Assembly (NCBI GenBank): GCA_964016885.1
Contig: OZ024742.1
Location: forward strand, 224,316,001 to 224,380,000
Origin: Eledone cirrhosa
Lineage: Eukaryota
Direction: 5' to 3'
DNA length: 64,000 nt
The notes beneath the pieces were generated by a model. That model saw nothing but the letters and a program-made list of their open reading frames with translations. It did no database searches and had not been told where the DNA came from. A program made the translations under genes and the position numbers. Each line of letters starts with the position of its first letter. The stretch's first letter is position 1. Below, one piece after another: positions 14,401 through 32,966 of this stretch.

Positions 14401-17400
14401 TTGGTGTTGTAATGATGGTGGTGTTGGTGTCAGTGGTGTTATTGGTGTTGTAATGATGGTGGTGTTGGTGTCAGTGGTGTTATTGGTGTTGTAATGATGG
14501 TGGTGTTGGTGTCAGTGGTGTTATTGTTGTTGTAATGATGGTGGTGTTGGTGTCAGTGGGGTTATTGTTGTTGTAATGATGGTGGTGTTGGTGTCAGTGG
14601 GGTTATTGGTGTTGTAATGATGGTGGTGTTGGTGTCAGTGGTGTTATTGGTGTTGTAATGATGGTGGTGTTGGTGTCAGTGGTGTTATTGGTGTTGTAAT
14701 GATGGTGGTGCTGGTGTCAGTGGTGTTATTGGTGTTGTAATGATGGTGGTGTTGGTGTCAGTGGTGTCATTGGTGTTGTAACGATGGTGGTGTTGGTATC
14801 AGTGGTGTTATTGGTGTTGTAATGATGGTGGTGTTGGTGTCAGTGGTGTTATTGGTGTTGTAATGATGGTGGTGTTGGTGTCAGTTGTGTTGTTTCTGTT
14901 GTAATGATGGTGGTCTTGGTGTCAGTGATGTTATTGGTGTTGTAATGATGGTGGTCTTGGTGTAAGTGGTGTTATTGGTGTTGTAATGATGGTGGTGTTG
15001 GTGTCAGTGGTGTTATTGGTGTTGTAATGATGGCGGTCTTGGTGTCAGTGATGTTATTGGTGTTGTAATGATGGTGGTGTTGGTGTCAGTGGTGTTATTG
15101 GTGTTGTAATGATGGTGGTGTTGCTGTCAGTGGTGTTATTGGTGTTGTAATGATGGTGGTGTTGGTATCAGTGGTGTTATTGGTGTTGTAATGATGGTGG
15201 TGTTGGTGTCAGTGGTGTTATTGGTGTTGTAACGATGGTGGTGTTGGTGTCAGTGGTGTTATTGGTGTCGTAATGATGGTGGTGTTGGTTTCAATGATGT
15301 TACTGGTGTTGTAATGATGGTGGTCTTGGTGTCAGTGGTGTTATTGGTGTTGTAATGATGGTGGTGTTGGTGTCAGTGGTGTTATTGGTGTTGTAATGAT
15401 GGTGGTGTTGGTGTCAGTGATGTTATTGGTGTTGTAACGATGGTGGTGTTGGTGTCAGTGGTGTTATTGGTGTTGTAATGATGGTGGTGTTGGTGTGAGT
15501 GATGTTATTGGTGTTGTAATGATGGTGGTGTTGGTGTCAGTGATGTTATTGGTGTTGTAACGATGGTGGTGTTGGTGTCAGTGGTGTTATTGGTGTTGTA
15601 ATGATGGTGGTGTTGGTGTCAGTGATGTTATTGGTGTTGTAATGATGGTGGTGTTGGTGTCAGTGATGTTATTGGTGTTGTAACGATGGTGGTGTTGGTG
15701 TCAGTGGTGTTATTGGTGTTGTAATGATGGTGGTGTTGGTGTCAGTGGTGTTATTGGTGTTGTAATGATTGTGGTGTTGGTGTCAGTGGTGTTATTGTTG
15801 TTGTAATGATGGTGGTGTTGGTGTCAGTGGTGTTATTGTTGTTGTAATGATGGTAGTGTTGATGTCAGAGGTGTTATTGTTGTTGTAATGATGGTGGTGT
15901 TGGTGTCAGTCGTGTTATTGTTGTTGTAATGATGGTGGTGTTGGTGTCAGTGGTGTTATTGGTGTTGTTATGATGGTGGTGTTGGTGTCAGTGGTGTTAT
16001 TGGTGTTGTAATGATGGTGGTGTTGGTGTCAGTGGTGTTATTGTTGTTGTAATGATGGTGGTGTTGGTGTCAGTGGTGTTATTGGTGTTGTAATGATGGT
16101 GGTGTTGGTGTCAGTGGTGTTATTGGTGTTGTAATGATGGTGGTGTTGGTGTCAGTGGTGTTATTGGTGTTGTAATGATGGTGGTGTTGGTGTCAGTGGT
16201 GTTATTGTTGTTGTAATGATGGTGGTGTTGGTGTCAGTGGGGTTATTGTTGTTGTAATGATGGTGGTGTTGGTGTCAGTGGGGTTATTGGTGTTGTAATG
16301 ATGGTGGTGTTGGTGTCAGTGGTGTTATTGGTGTTGTAATGATGGTGGTGTTGGTGTCAGTGGTGTTATTGGTGTTGTAATGATGGTGGTGCTGGTGTCA
16401 GTGGTGTTATTGGTGTTGTAATGATGGTGGTGTTGGTGTCAGTGGTGTCATTGGTGTTGTAACGATGGTGGTGTTGGTATCAGTGGTGTTATTGGTGTTG
16501 TAATGATGGTGGTGTTGGTGTCAGTGGTGTTATTGGTGTTGTAATGATGGTGGTGTTGGTGTCAGTTGTGTTGTTTCTGTTGTAATGATGGTGGTCTTGG
16601 TGTCAGTGATGTTATTGGTGTTGTAATGATGGTGGTCTTGGTGTAAGTGGTGTTATTGGTGTTGTAATGATGGTGGTGTTGGTGTCAGTGGTGTTATTGG
16701 TGTTGTAATGATGGTGGTCTTGGTGTCAGTGATGTTATTGGTGTTGTAATGATGGTGATGTTGGTGTCAGTGGTGTTATTGGTGTTGTAATGATGGTGGT
16801 GTTGGTGTCAGTGGTGTTATTGGTGTTGTAATGATGGTGGTGTTGGTGTCAGTGGTGTTATTTCTGTTGTAATGATGGTGATGTTGGTGTCAGTGGTGTT
16901 ATTGGTGTTGTAACGATGGTGGTGTTGGTGTCAGTGGTGTTATTGGTGTTGTAATGATGGTGGTGTTGGTGTCAGGGGTGTTATTGGTGTTGTAATGATG
17001 GTGGTGTTGGTGTCAGTGGTGTTATTGGTGTTGTAATGATGGTGGTGTTGGTGTCAGTGATGTTATTGGTGTTGTAATGATGGTGGTGTTGGTGTCAGTG
17101 GTGTTATTGGTGTTGTAATGATGGTGGTCTTGGTGTCAGTGATGTTATTGGTGTTGTAATGATGGTGATGTTGGTGTCAGTGGTGTTATTGGTGTTGTAA
17201 TGATGGTGGTGTTGGTGTCAGTGGTGTTATTGGTGTTGTAATGATGGTGGTGTTGGTGTCAGTGGTGTTATTTCTGTTGTAATGATGGTGATGTTGGTGT
17301 CAGTGGTGTTATTGGTGTTGTAACGATGGTGGTGTTTTTGTCAGTGGTGTTATTGGTGTTGTAATGATGGTGGTGTTGGTGTCAGGGGTGTTATTGGTGT

Positions 17401-20400
17401 TGTAATGATGGTGGTGTTGGTGTCAGTGGTGTTATTGGTGTTGTAATGATGGTGGTGTTGGTGTCAGTGGTGTTATTGGTGTTGTAATGATGGTGGTGTT
17501 GGTGTCAGTGGTGTTATTGGTGTTGTAATGATGGTGGTGTTGGTGTCAGTGGTGTTATTGTTGTTGTAATGATGGTGGTGTTGGTGTCAGTGGGGTTATT
17601 GTTGTTGTAATGATGGTGGTGTTGGTGTCAGTGGGGTTATTGGTGTTGTAATGATGGTGGTGTTGGTGTCAGTGGTGTTATTGGTGTTGTAATGATGGTG
17701 GTGTTGGTGTCAGTGGTGTTATTGGTGTTGTAATGATGGTGGTGCTGGTGTCAGTGGTGTTATTGGTGTTGTAATGATGGTGGTGTTGGTGTCAGTGGTG
17801 TCATTGGTGTTGTAACGATGGTGGTGTTGGTATCAGTGGTGTTATTGGTGTTGTAATGATGGTGGTGTTGGTGTCAGTGGTGTTATTGGTGTTGTAATGA
17901 TGGTGGTGTTGGTGTCAGTTGTGTTGTTTCTGTTGTAATGATGGTGGTCTTGGTGTCAGTGATGTTATTGGTGTTGTAATGATGGTGGTCTTGGTGTAAG
18001 TGGTGTTATTGGTGTTGTAATGATGGTGGTGTTGGTGTCAGTGGTGTTATTGGTGTTGTAATGATGGTGGTCTTGGTGTCAGTGATGTTATTGGTGTTGT
18101 AATGATGGTGATGTTGGTGTCAGTGGTGTTATTGGTGTTGTAATGATGGTGGTGTTGGTGTCAGTGGTGTTATTGGTGTTGTAATGATGGTGGTGTTGGT
18201 GTCAGTGGTGTTATTTCTGTTGTAATGATGGTGATGTTGGTGTCAGTGGTGTTATTGGTGTTGTAACGATGGTGGTGTTGGTGTCAGTGGTGTTATTGGT
18301 GTTGTAATGATGGTGGTGTTGGTGTCAGGGGTGTTATTGGTGTTGTAATGATGGTGGTGTTGGTGTCAGTGGTGTTATTGGTGTTGTAATGATGGTGGTG
18401 TTGGTGTCAGGGGTGTTATTGGTGTTGTAATGATGGTGGTGTTGGTGTCAGGGGTGTTATTGGTGTTGTAATGATGGTGATGTTGGTGTCAGTGGTGTTA
18501 TTGGTGTTGTAATGATGGTGGTGTTGGTGTCAGTGGTGTTATTGGTGTTGTAATGATGGTGGTGTTGGTGTCAGTGGTGTTATTTCTGTTGTAATGATGG
18601 TGATGTTGGTGTCAGTGGTGTTATTGGTGTTGTAACGATGGTGGTGTTTTTGTCAGTGGTGTTATTGGTGTTGTAATGATGGTGGTGTTGGTGTCAGGGG
18701 TGTTATTGGTGTTGTAATGATGGTGGTGTTGGTGTCAGTGGTGTTATTGGTGTTGTAATGATGGTGGTGTTGGTGTCAGTGGTGTTATTGGTGTTGTAAT
18801 GATGGTGGTGTTGGTGTCAGTGGTGTTATTGGTGTTGTAATGATGGTGGTGTTGGTGTCAGTGGTGTTATTGTTGTTGTAATGATGGTGGTGTTGGTGTC
18901 AGTGGGGTTATTGTTGTTGTAATGATGGTGGTGTTGGTGTCAGTGATGTTATTGGTGTTGTAATGATGGTGGTGTTGGTGTCAGTGGTGTTATTGGTGTT
19001 GTAATGATGGTGGTCTTGGTGTCAGTGATGTTATTGGTGTTGTAATGATGGTGATGTTGGTGTCAGTGGTGTTATTGGTGTTGTAATGATGGTGGTGTTG
19101 GTGTCAGTGGTGTTATTGGTGTTGTAATGATGGTGGTGTTGGTGTCAGTGGTGTTATTTCTGTTGTAATGATGGTGATGTTGGTGTCAGTGGTGTTATTG
19201 GTGTTGTAACGATGGTGGTGTTGGTGTCAGTGGTGTTATTGGTGTTGTAATGATGGTGGTGTTGGTGTCAGGGGTGTTATTGGTGTTGTAATGATGGTGG
19301 TGTTGGTGTCAGTGGTGTTATTGGTGTTGTAATGATGGTGGTGTTGGTGTCAGTGGTGTTATTGGTGTTGTAATGATGGTGGTGTTGGTGTCAGTATTGT
19401 TATTGGTGTTGTAATGATGGTGGTGTTGGTGTCAGTGGTGTTATTGGTGTTGTAATGATGGTGGTGTTGGTGTCAGTGGTGTTATTGGTGTTGTAACGAT
19501 GGTGTTGTTGGTGTCAGTGGTGTTATTGGTGTTGTAATGATGGTGGTGTTGGTGTCAGTGGTGTTATTGGTGTTGTAATGATGGTGGTGTTGGTGTCAGT
19601 GGTGTTATTGGTGTTGTAACGATGGTGTTGTTGGTGTCAGTGGTGTTATTGGTGTTGTAATGATGGTGGTGTTGGTGTCAGGGGTGTTATTGGTGTTGTA
19701 ATGATGGTGGTGTTGGTGTCAGTGGTGTTAATGGTGTTGTAATGATGGTGGTGTTGGTGTCAGTGGTGTTATTGGTGTTGTAATGATGGTGGTGTTGGTG
19801 TCAGTATTGTTATTGGTGTTGTAATGATGGTGGTGTTGGTGTCAGTGGTGTTATTGGTGTTGTAATGATGGTGGTGTTGGTGTCAGTGGTGTTATTGGTG
19901 TTGTAATGATGGTGGTGTTATTGGTGTTGTAATGATGGTGGTGTTGGTGTCAGTGGTGTTATTGGTCTTGTAATGATGGTGGTGTTGGTGTCAGTGGTGT
20001 TATTGGTGTTGTAATGATGGTAGTGTTGGTGTCAGTTGTGTTATTGGTGTTGTAACGATGGTGGTGTTGGTGTCAGTGGTGTTATTGGTGTCGTAATGAT
20101 GGTGGTGTTGGTGTCAATGATGTTATTGGTGTTGTAATGATGGCGGTCTTGGTGTCAGTGATGTTATTGGTGTTGTAATGATGGTGGTGTTGGTGTCAGT
20201 GGTGTTATTGGTGTTGTAACGATGGTAGTGTTGGTGTCAGTGGTGTTATTGGTGTTGTAACGATGGTAGTGTTGGTATCAGTGGTGTTATTGGTGTTGTA
20301 ATGATGGTGGTGTTGGTGTCAGTGGTGTTATTGGTCTTGTAATGATGGTGGTGTTGGTGTCAGTGGTGTTATTGGTCTTGTAATGATGGTGGTGTTGGTG

Positions 20401-23400
20401 TCAGTGGTGTTATTGGTGTTGTAATGATGGTAGTGTTGGTGTCAGTTGTGTTATTGGTGTTGTAACGATGGTGGTGTTGGTGTCAGTGGTGTTATTGGTG
20501 TCGTAATGATGGTGGTGTTGGTGTCAATGATGTTATTGGTGTTGTAATGATGGCGGTCTTGGTGTCAGTGATGTTATTGGTGTTGTAATGATGGTGGTGT
20601 TGGTGTCAGTGGTGTTATTGGTGTTGTAATGATGGTGGTGTTGCTGTCAGTGGTGTTATTGGTGTTGTAATGATGGTGGTGTTGGTGTCAGTGGTGTTAT
20701 TGGTGTTGTAATGATGGTGGTGTTGGTGTCAGTGGTGTTATTGGTGTTGTAACGATGGTGGTGTTGGTGTCAGTGGTGTTATTGGTGTCGTAATGATGGT
20801 GGTGTTGGTTTCAATGATGTTACTGGTGTTGTAATGATGGTGGTCTTGGTGTCAGTGGTGTTATTGGTGTTGTAATGATGGTGGTGTTGGTGTCAGTGGT
20901 GATATTGGTGTTGTAATGATGGTGGTGTTGGTGTCAGTGATGTTATTGGTGTTGTAACGATGGTGGTGTTGGTGTCAGTGGTGTTATTGGTGTTGTAATG
21001 ATGGTGGTGTTGGTGTCAGTGATGTTATTGGTGTTGTAATGATGGTGGTGTTGGTGTCAGTGATGTTATTGGTGTTGTAACGATGGTGGTGTTGGTGTCA
21101 GTGGTGTTATTGGTGTTGTAATGATGGTGGTGTTGGTGTCAGTGATGTTATTGGTGTTGTAATGATGGTGGTGTTGGTGTCAGTGATGTTATTGGTGTTG
21201 TAACGATGGTGGTGTTGGTGTCAGTGGTGTTATTGGTGTTGTAATGATGGTGGTGTTGGTGTCAGTGGTGTTATTGGTGTTGTAATGATTGTGGTGTTGG
21301 TGTCAGTGGTGTTATTGTTGTTGTAATGATGGTGGTGTTGGTGTCAGTGGTGTTATTGTTGTTGTAATGATGGTAGTGTTGATGTCAGAGGTGTTATTGT
21401 TGTTGTAATGATGGTGGTGTTGGTGTCAGTCGTGTTATTGTTGTTGTAATGATGGTGGTGTTGGTGTCAGTGGTGTTATTGGTGTTGTTATGATGGTGGT
21501 GTTGGTGTCAGTGGTGTTATTGGTGTTGTAATGATGGTGGTGTTGGTGTCAGTGGTGTTATTGTTGTTGTAATGATGGTGGTGTTGGTGTCAGTGGTGTT
21601 ATTGGTGTTGTAATGATGGTAGTGTTGGTGTCAGTGGTGTTATTGTTGTTGTAATGATGGTGGTGTTGGTGTCAGCGGGGTTTTTGTAGTTGTAATGATG
21701 GTGGTGTTGGTGTCAGTGGTGTTATTGGTGTTGTAATGATGGTGGTGTTGGTGTCAGTGGTGTTATTGGTGTTGTAATGATGGTGGTGTTGGTGTCAGTG
21801 GTGTTATTGGTGTTGTAATGATGGTGGTGTTGGTGTCAGTGGTGTTATTGGTGTTGTAATGATGGTGGTGTTGGTGTCAGTGGTGTTATTGTTGTTGTAA
21901 TGATGGTGGTGTTGGTGTCAGCGGGGTTATTGGTGTTGTAATGATGGTGGTGTTGGTGTCAGTGGTGTTATTGGTGTTGTAATGATGGTGGTGTTGGTGT
22001 CAGTGGTGTTATTGGTGTTGTAACGATGGTAGTGTTGGTGTCAGTGGGGTTATTGTTGTTGTAATGATGGTGGTGATGGTGTCAGTGGGGTTATTGGTGT
22101 TGTAATGATGGTGGTGTTGGTGTCAGTGGTGTTATTGGTGTTGTAATGATGGTGGTGTTGGTGTCAGTGCTGTTATTCGTGTTGTAATGATGGTGGTGTT
22201 GGTGTCAGTGGTGTTATTGGTGTTGTAATGAAGGTGGTGTTGGTGTCAGTGGTGTTATTGGTGTTGTAATGATTGTGGTGTTGGTGTAAGTGGTGTTATT
22301 GGTGTTGTAATGATGGTGGTGTTGGTATAAGTGGTGTTATTGGTGTTGTAATGATGGTGGTGTTGGTGTCAGTGGTGTTATTGGTGTTGTAACGATTGTG
22401 GTGTTGGTGTCAGTGGTGTTATTGGTGTTGTAAAGATGGTGGTGTTGGTGTCAGTGGTGTTATTGGTGTTGTAATGACGGTGGTATTGGTGTCAGTGGTG
22501 TTATTGGTGTTGTAATGATGGTGGTGTTGGTGTCAGTGGTCTTATTGGTGTTGTAATGATGGTGGTGTTGGTGTCAGTGGTTTTATTGGTGTTGTAATGA
22601 TGGTGGTGTTGGTGTCAGTGATGTTATTGGTGTTGTAATGATGGTGGTGTTGGTGTCAGTGGTGTTATTGGTGTTGTAATGATGATGGTGTTGGTGTCAG
22701 TGATGTTATTGGTGTTGTAACGATGGTGGTGTTGGTGTCAGTGGTGTTATTGGTGTTGTAATGATGGTGGTGTTGGTGTCAGTGGTGTTATTGGTGTTGT
22801 AATGATGGTGGTGTTGGTGTCGGTGGTGTTATTGGTGTCGTAACGATGGTGGTGTTGGTGTCAGTGGTGTTATTGGTGTTGTAATGATGGTGGTGTTGGT
22901 GTCAGTGGTGTTATTGGTGTTGTAATGATGGTGGTGTTGGTGTCAGTGGTGTTATTGGTGTTGTAATGATGGTGGTGTTGGTGTCAGTGGTGTTATTTCT
23001 GTTGTAATGATGGTGGTGTTTGTGTCAGTGGTGTTATTGGTGTTGTAATGATGGTGGTGTTGGTGTCAGTGGTGTTATTGGTGTTGTAATGATGGTGGTG
23101 TTGGTGTCAGTGGTGTTATTGGTGCTGTAATGATGGTGGTGTTGGTGTCAGTTGTGTTATTGGTATCGTAATGATGGTGGTGTTGGTGTCAGTGGTGTTA
23201 TTGGTGTTGTAATGATGGTGGTGTTGGTATAAGTGGTGTTATTGGTGTTGTAATGATGGTGGTGTTGGTGTCGGTGGTGGTATTGGTGTTGTAATGATGG
23301 TGGTGTTGGTGTCAGTGGTGTTATTGGTGTTGTAACGATTGTGGTGTTGGTGTCAGAGGTGTTATTGGTGTTGTAATGATGGTAGTGTTGATGTCAGAGG

Positions 23401-23496
23401 TGTTATTGGTGTTGTAATGATGGTAGTGTTGGTGTCAGAGGTGTTATTGGTGTTGTAATGATGGTGGTGTTGGTGTCAGTGGTGTTATTGGTGTTG
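5426..23496. repeat. 18-kb tandem array of a 41-bp satellite (GTAATGATGGTGGTGTTGGTGTCAGTGGTGTTATTGGTGTT), ~440 copies
   Basis: Period of 41 bp (units start at 5501, 5542, ...); highly homogeneous; three 26-bp deletion units near 10872, 11718 and 19902. Confidence 0.98.
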
Positions 23497-23749
23497 GTTT
23501 TTGGTAGCAGTGGTGGAGCTTGTAGTAGTGTTGGTGCTGGTGTTGGATATAGTTTTGGTGTTGTTAATTTGATGGTGGGGTTGGTGATGGTGTTGGTGGT
23601 AGTGCTAGTTTATAACACACTCCTCCCGACCACCCCCACAAGCACCACCATGAGGTGTCCACCAACGGTGAGCTGGTTATCAATTGTTGGCCTGTAGAAG
23701 TCAATGAGCCGTTTCTTCTGACTTTTGACAAACACCTCGTATGATTTCT

Positions 23750-27260
<3,511 letters not shown>

Positions 27261-27659
27261 AATGTACACTGAAGTAAATTACTCTATTATAATATATGTT
27301 ACATTCTATATTTACATATATTATTATGTATGTTTAGTAATTAGTATAATATACAATTATGTAATGTCATATCTTTACACGTGTACACAATTATATTTAT
27401 ACATTATCTAAAACAAAAAGAAAAAAAAAAGAAAACAAGATGCTGGCATGGGTGTGTGTTTAAGGAGCTCGCTTTGCAACCACGTTCGTTTTAGGTTCAG
27501 TCCCTACTCTGAACATTTGTTTAGTCATTTGTATCATATACAATTAAGCAATGTAATATTTTTATGTGTATGCCATATATTATGTGTATATTATATTTAT
27601 GAAACAGCTAAACGAAAATACACGAAAAAAAAAAGAGAGAAAGAATGACTAGGCGGTGG

Positions 27660-27845
27660 CAATACCAGATTCAGGACAAATGAGGCCCTGTGCTAGTTAA
27701 GTTATGAGACCCAAAACATTTCAAATATTCATCGTAAAAAATATTTTGGCTGAAAATTGCCCCCCCCCCCCCCCACACACACACACACTAGCCAATGGCG
27801 CGCTGTGCTTAAGCACACCTAATCATAATGGTAAATCCGGCACTG
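27660..27845. mobile_element. hAT-like MITE inserted at the 5' end of a tRNA-derived SINE
   Basis: TIR-like CAATACCAGATTC / AAATCCGGCACTG; 8-bp flanks GGCGGTGG / GGCGCTGG. The SINE head (TGGCTGAGTGGTTAAGG...GGTTCAGT) follows. Confidence 0.65.
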
Positions 27846-28659
27846 GGCGCTGGTATGGCTGAGTGGTTAAGGAGTTTGTTTCGCAAACTCATTGCTTTTG
27901 GGTTCAGTTCGTAATTTGTTCGGCATTCTCGGCAGTTGTTTCTTGTTGGAATAAGCTCTGGTAGTCACCAATGGGAATTGATTAAATCGAGCGCTTTACT
28001 AAATATTTTCTTCTAATTCCAGATATGTGAGTAGTCGACCCAAGTGATAGAGATATCTCCTAAAGAAGATCTAAAGAAAATGCCGGCTTTCTACCTTCTG
28101 TGTTCAAATCACTCCATCGTTAACTTTGCCCATCATCCTTCCGGATTTGATAAAATAATGGTTTCTGATTTAGGCACAAGGCCAGCAATTTTAGGGAAAG
28201 GAAAGTCGATTAAATCGACCCTAGTGCGTAACTGGTACTTTATTTTATCGATGAAAAGCAAAGCTAACCTCGGTGAGATTTGAACGTAAAAAGCCACACC
28301 AGTCAAATTCTGGGGTCGACATAATCGATTCGTCCTCCCCATCCTCCTGCTCATAATTTATGACCTTTGTGCCTAAATTCTTAAAGCCTTCCATTTTCAT
28401 TTCGTTTTTCGAAACTAACTAACCAGTTCAGATTTTAAATGAAACATTTTTCGTGGTCAAATTCATATGCAGTATATATAGTGTATGTATGGTCCCGTAA
28501 CTTCTGATAAAGTCGTAGGGCGTCGTATTGACATACAGCGTTTCTTGGGCATTTTAAAGCCTGGCGGAGCCTATCTCTCTCCAAGAGAGTACAGCAGATT
28601 TCTTCCAGAGAAAGATAGAAAGTGAGAGAGAGGAAATGAGAAAGAGATATAGAGGAAGA

Positions 28660-28818
28660 ATCGACCCGTGTACTAAACCGCTACTTTTTTTTATCGACCT
28701 TGAAAGGATGAAAGGCACAGTTGACCTCAGTGGGATTTGAACTCAGAGAGTAGAGAGGCGGAACGAATACCATAAAGCATTCTATCCGACATTCTAACAA
28801 CTCTGCCAGCTCGCCGCC
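28660..28818 (-). mobile_element. SINE related to family 1
   Basis: Reverse complement of GGCGGCGAGCTGGCAGAG...GAGTTCAAATCCC...CCTTTCATCC. Confidence 0.75.
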
Positions 28819-28846
28819 TATATATGGTGTATATAATGTAAATAAT

Positions 28847-29033
28847 TGTTTCTACTTTTGGCACAAGGCCAGCAATTACCCAGTGTATTACTGGTACTTT
28901 ATTTTATCAACCTCATAAGGATGAAAAGCAAGGTTAACCTCGGCGGGATTTGAACTCAGAATGGCAAGGGCCGTAACTCTATGCGTCAAAGCATGGCGTC
29001 CGACCCTCTACCGATACTGCCAATCCACCGCCC
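28847..29033 (-). mobile_element. SINE family 1, full-length with TSD
   Basis: 13-bp direct repeat TAATGTAAATAAT at 28834-28846 and 29034-29046. Confidence 0.9.
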
Positions 29034-30020
29034 TAATGTAAATAATGTATATATAGTGTATATAGGAGTTGCAACTATACTGGTGCTAAACTGCATCGTA
29101 TACAGTGTATGGAGTGTATATATAGTGTATATATGAGTTGCGTTGTGTCCATGAACAAGACACTTTATTTCATGTTGCTCCAGGTTACACAGTTGTAGAA
29201 ATGAGTTGCAATGTCACTGGTGCCAAGCTGGATCGGCCTTAGCCATTCCCTTGGAAAACGTCGGTGGCATAGAGAGGGGATGCATGGGCGACTGCTGATC
29301 TTCAACAAACAACATTGCCCGCTCTTGTGTCTCGGAGGAGAGGTTTCGATGTGCAAATCCCATGGTCATTCGTGACCGAAGGAGGTCTTTACCTGTATGA
29401 GCTGCGACGGTACTGGTGCCAGATTGTATAGGCCTTTGACCTTCCTTTGCACAACATTGGTGTCATAGAGAGTGAAGACGGACATGCATAGGTGAGTGAT
29501 GCTTTTTCACAAAACACCTTGTAGAGGAACTTTCCAGCTGCAGATACCTAGTCAGCCATGACCGATGAGGAGGAAGGCCTATACTGGGAGTCTATATATA
29601 TATAAGTGCGTGGCTTGGTGCTTAGTCTGCCCTGCTCACGTTTCGTAAGGCCACGCGTTGTATTCTTTTGCAAGACACTTTATTTTACGTTGGTACAGTC
29701 TACTGAGTTGGTATTAAATAAATGGTAATTGTAATTCAAATAACCAGCCTTCCTTATCACACACACAAACACCTTGTCATGTTGAATCTCACTGAGAATT
29801 AGGTTAAGGGAACACGTCTGTGGAATGCCAAGTTGTTTTCACGAGCCGGCTGTTCCATTGTTTCGGGCAACTGGAACGCTCATCGTCAGAGTGGACGGAG
29901 GTCCAAAAACTGTTAGCTTAGACGTGGTTTAAGTACTGCTGTAAGTAACCTACACCACCACACCGTATTTACTTCCATATAGTTAGCACACACACAAACA
30001 GACACACACACACACACATA

Positions 30021-30117
30021 CACACCCACCCACACCCACCCACACCCACCCACACCCACCCACACCCACCCACACCCACCCACACCCACCCACACCCACC
30101 CACACCCACACCCACAC
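30021..30117. repeat. (CACACCCACC)n 10-bp tandem repeat
   Basis: Direct reading. Confidence 0.9.
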
Positions 30118-30626
30118 ATATATCTATATATCTATACAGTGTTTGTTTTTTTTCGAAAATCGGCTTTCCCTACCCAATTCCTTACGTATATACATATCTG
30201 TTGATGGACATCCGTCAATTCCGACGATGTGTAGTTCTCGGGAAGATTCACCGTGACACAGCGTGAGACGTAGCTGGGCCTTTGAATTACAGCCACAATT
30301 CATTGTTGCCATTGTTGCGTGGACAGGAGCAACACGAATTAAATGGTCTTCCGCAAGGACACAACGCGCCGCCGCAGTTTGAACTTGTGAGCAGACGATC
30401 GTGAGTCAAACACACTAACCATTAAGTCCCACACGTTCACAAGCCACGCACGCGCTTTCACGTATATATCAACACATATTTACGATTGAATTGTAGAATT
30501 TCCATCACTATAAAAGAAATACATTATGAAAAGTTCAAATATATTTTAATAGCGGTGCCATTAAATTCAAGCCTGATGTATTTCTGAATAATGCTTCAAA
30601 TATAAAATATTTATAAAGGGAATGGA

Positions 30627-30633
30627 ACATACA

Positions 30634-30669
<36 letters not shown>

Positions 30670-30745
30670 TGCATACATACATACATATGTGCATACATAC
30701 ATACATATATGCATACATACATACATATATCTATCTATACATACA

Positions 30746-30778
<33 letters not shown>

Positions 30779-30841
30779 GCATACATATATGCATACATAC
30801 ATATATGCATACATACATACATATATCTATACATACATACA

Positions 30842-30874
<33 letters not shown>

Positions 30875-31001
30875 GCATACATACATACATATATCTATAC
30901 ATACATACATATATACTTACATACATACATATAAAGATACATACATCTATACATACATATATGCATACATACATATATCTATACATATATACATACATAC
31001 A

Positions 31002-31037
<36 letters not shown>

Positions 31038-31089
31038 TACATACATACATACATATATGCATACATACATACATATATGCATACATACA

Positions 31090-31122
<33 letters not shown>

Positions 31123-31382
31123 GCATACATACATACATACATACGTACATACATACATACATATATGCATACATACATACATACATACATACATACATAA
31201 TACATACATACATACATACATACGTACATACATACATACATACATACATGCATACATACATACATACATATATGCATACATACATACATATATGCATACA
31301 TACATACATACATACGTACATACATACATACATACATGCATACATACATACATACGTACATACATACATACATACATATATG

Positions 31383-31413
<31 letters not shown>

Positions 31414-31780
31414 GCATACATACATACATACATACATACATACATACGTACATACATACATACATACATACATACATACATACATACATACGTACGTACA
31501 TACATACATACGTACATACATACATACATACATACATACATACGTATATACATACATACATACATACGTACATACATACATACATACATACATACATACA
31601 TACATACATACATACATACATACATACGTACGTACATACATACATACATACATACATACATACATACATACGTATATACATACATACATACATACATACA
31701 TACATACATACATACATACATACATACATACATACATACATACATACATACATACATACGTACATACATACATACATGCA
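30627..31780. repeat. (ACAT)n tetranucleotide array, ~1.15 kb
   Basis: Direct reading. Confidence 0.95.
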
Positions 31781-31815
31781 TATTTACTCACATACTCGGA
31801 ATTCATACAATGTGC

Positions 31816-31893
<78 letters not shown>

Positions 31894-31974
31894 ATGCGTG
31901 TATCCACGCATGGTTCTCTCTATCTATCTATCTGTCTTCTTTCTCTCTCACCCCACTTTCTCTATATATACACA

Positions 31975-32028
<54 letters not shown>

Positions 32029-32161
32029 CATACACATAGGCACATACTTATACAGAGAGAGTAAGAGAGAAAAATAGATTGATAGAAGGAGAGCGATGGC
32101 GAAGAAAGGGTATAGAGAGAGAGAAAGAGAGAGAGAGATAGAAAGAGTGGAGAGAGAGAGA

Positions 32162-32233
<72 letters not shown>

Positions 32234-32389
32234 TGTGCAGTAATTATATGAGAAAACCAATTAGAGTAAAGTCTGGTTAAGTGAGGCTTGAAATCTGATT
32301 TCAATAAAACTGACTGAAATATTTATACCCTATATACACCTTGTCTCACCATCTAACACAGCGCAGGGTGTATATGTACACACACATGC

Positions 32390-32449
<60 letters not shown>

Positions 32450-32514
32450 GCATATATATATTTATATATACGTTCATACATGCATATACACATACAAACA
32501 TACCTACACACACA

Positions 32515-32557
<43 letters not shown>

Positions 32558-32603
32558 GTACATATATACATGTACACATACAAACATTCCTACACACATA
32601 CGC

Positions 32604-32817
<214 letters not shown>

Positions 32818-32892
32818 TATATATATATGTATATATATATATATATATATACACGTAGATATAGATAAATATATACATACAAACATGCCCAC

Positions 32893-32966
<74 letters not shown>

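Noticed and set aside
5426-23496. Possible CRISPR array, telomere or mucin-like coding repeat
   Set aside because: No unique spacers, not TTAGGG-like, and the 41-bp unit carries stop codons on both strands.
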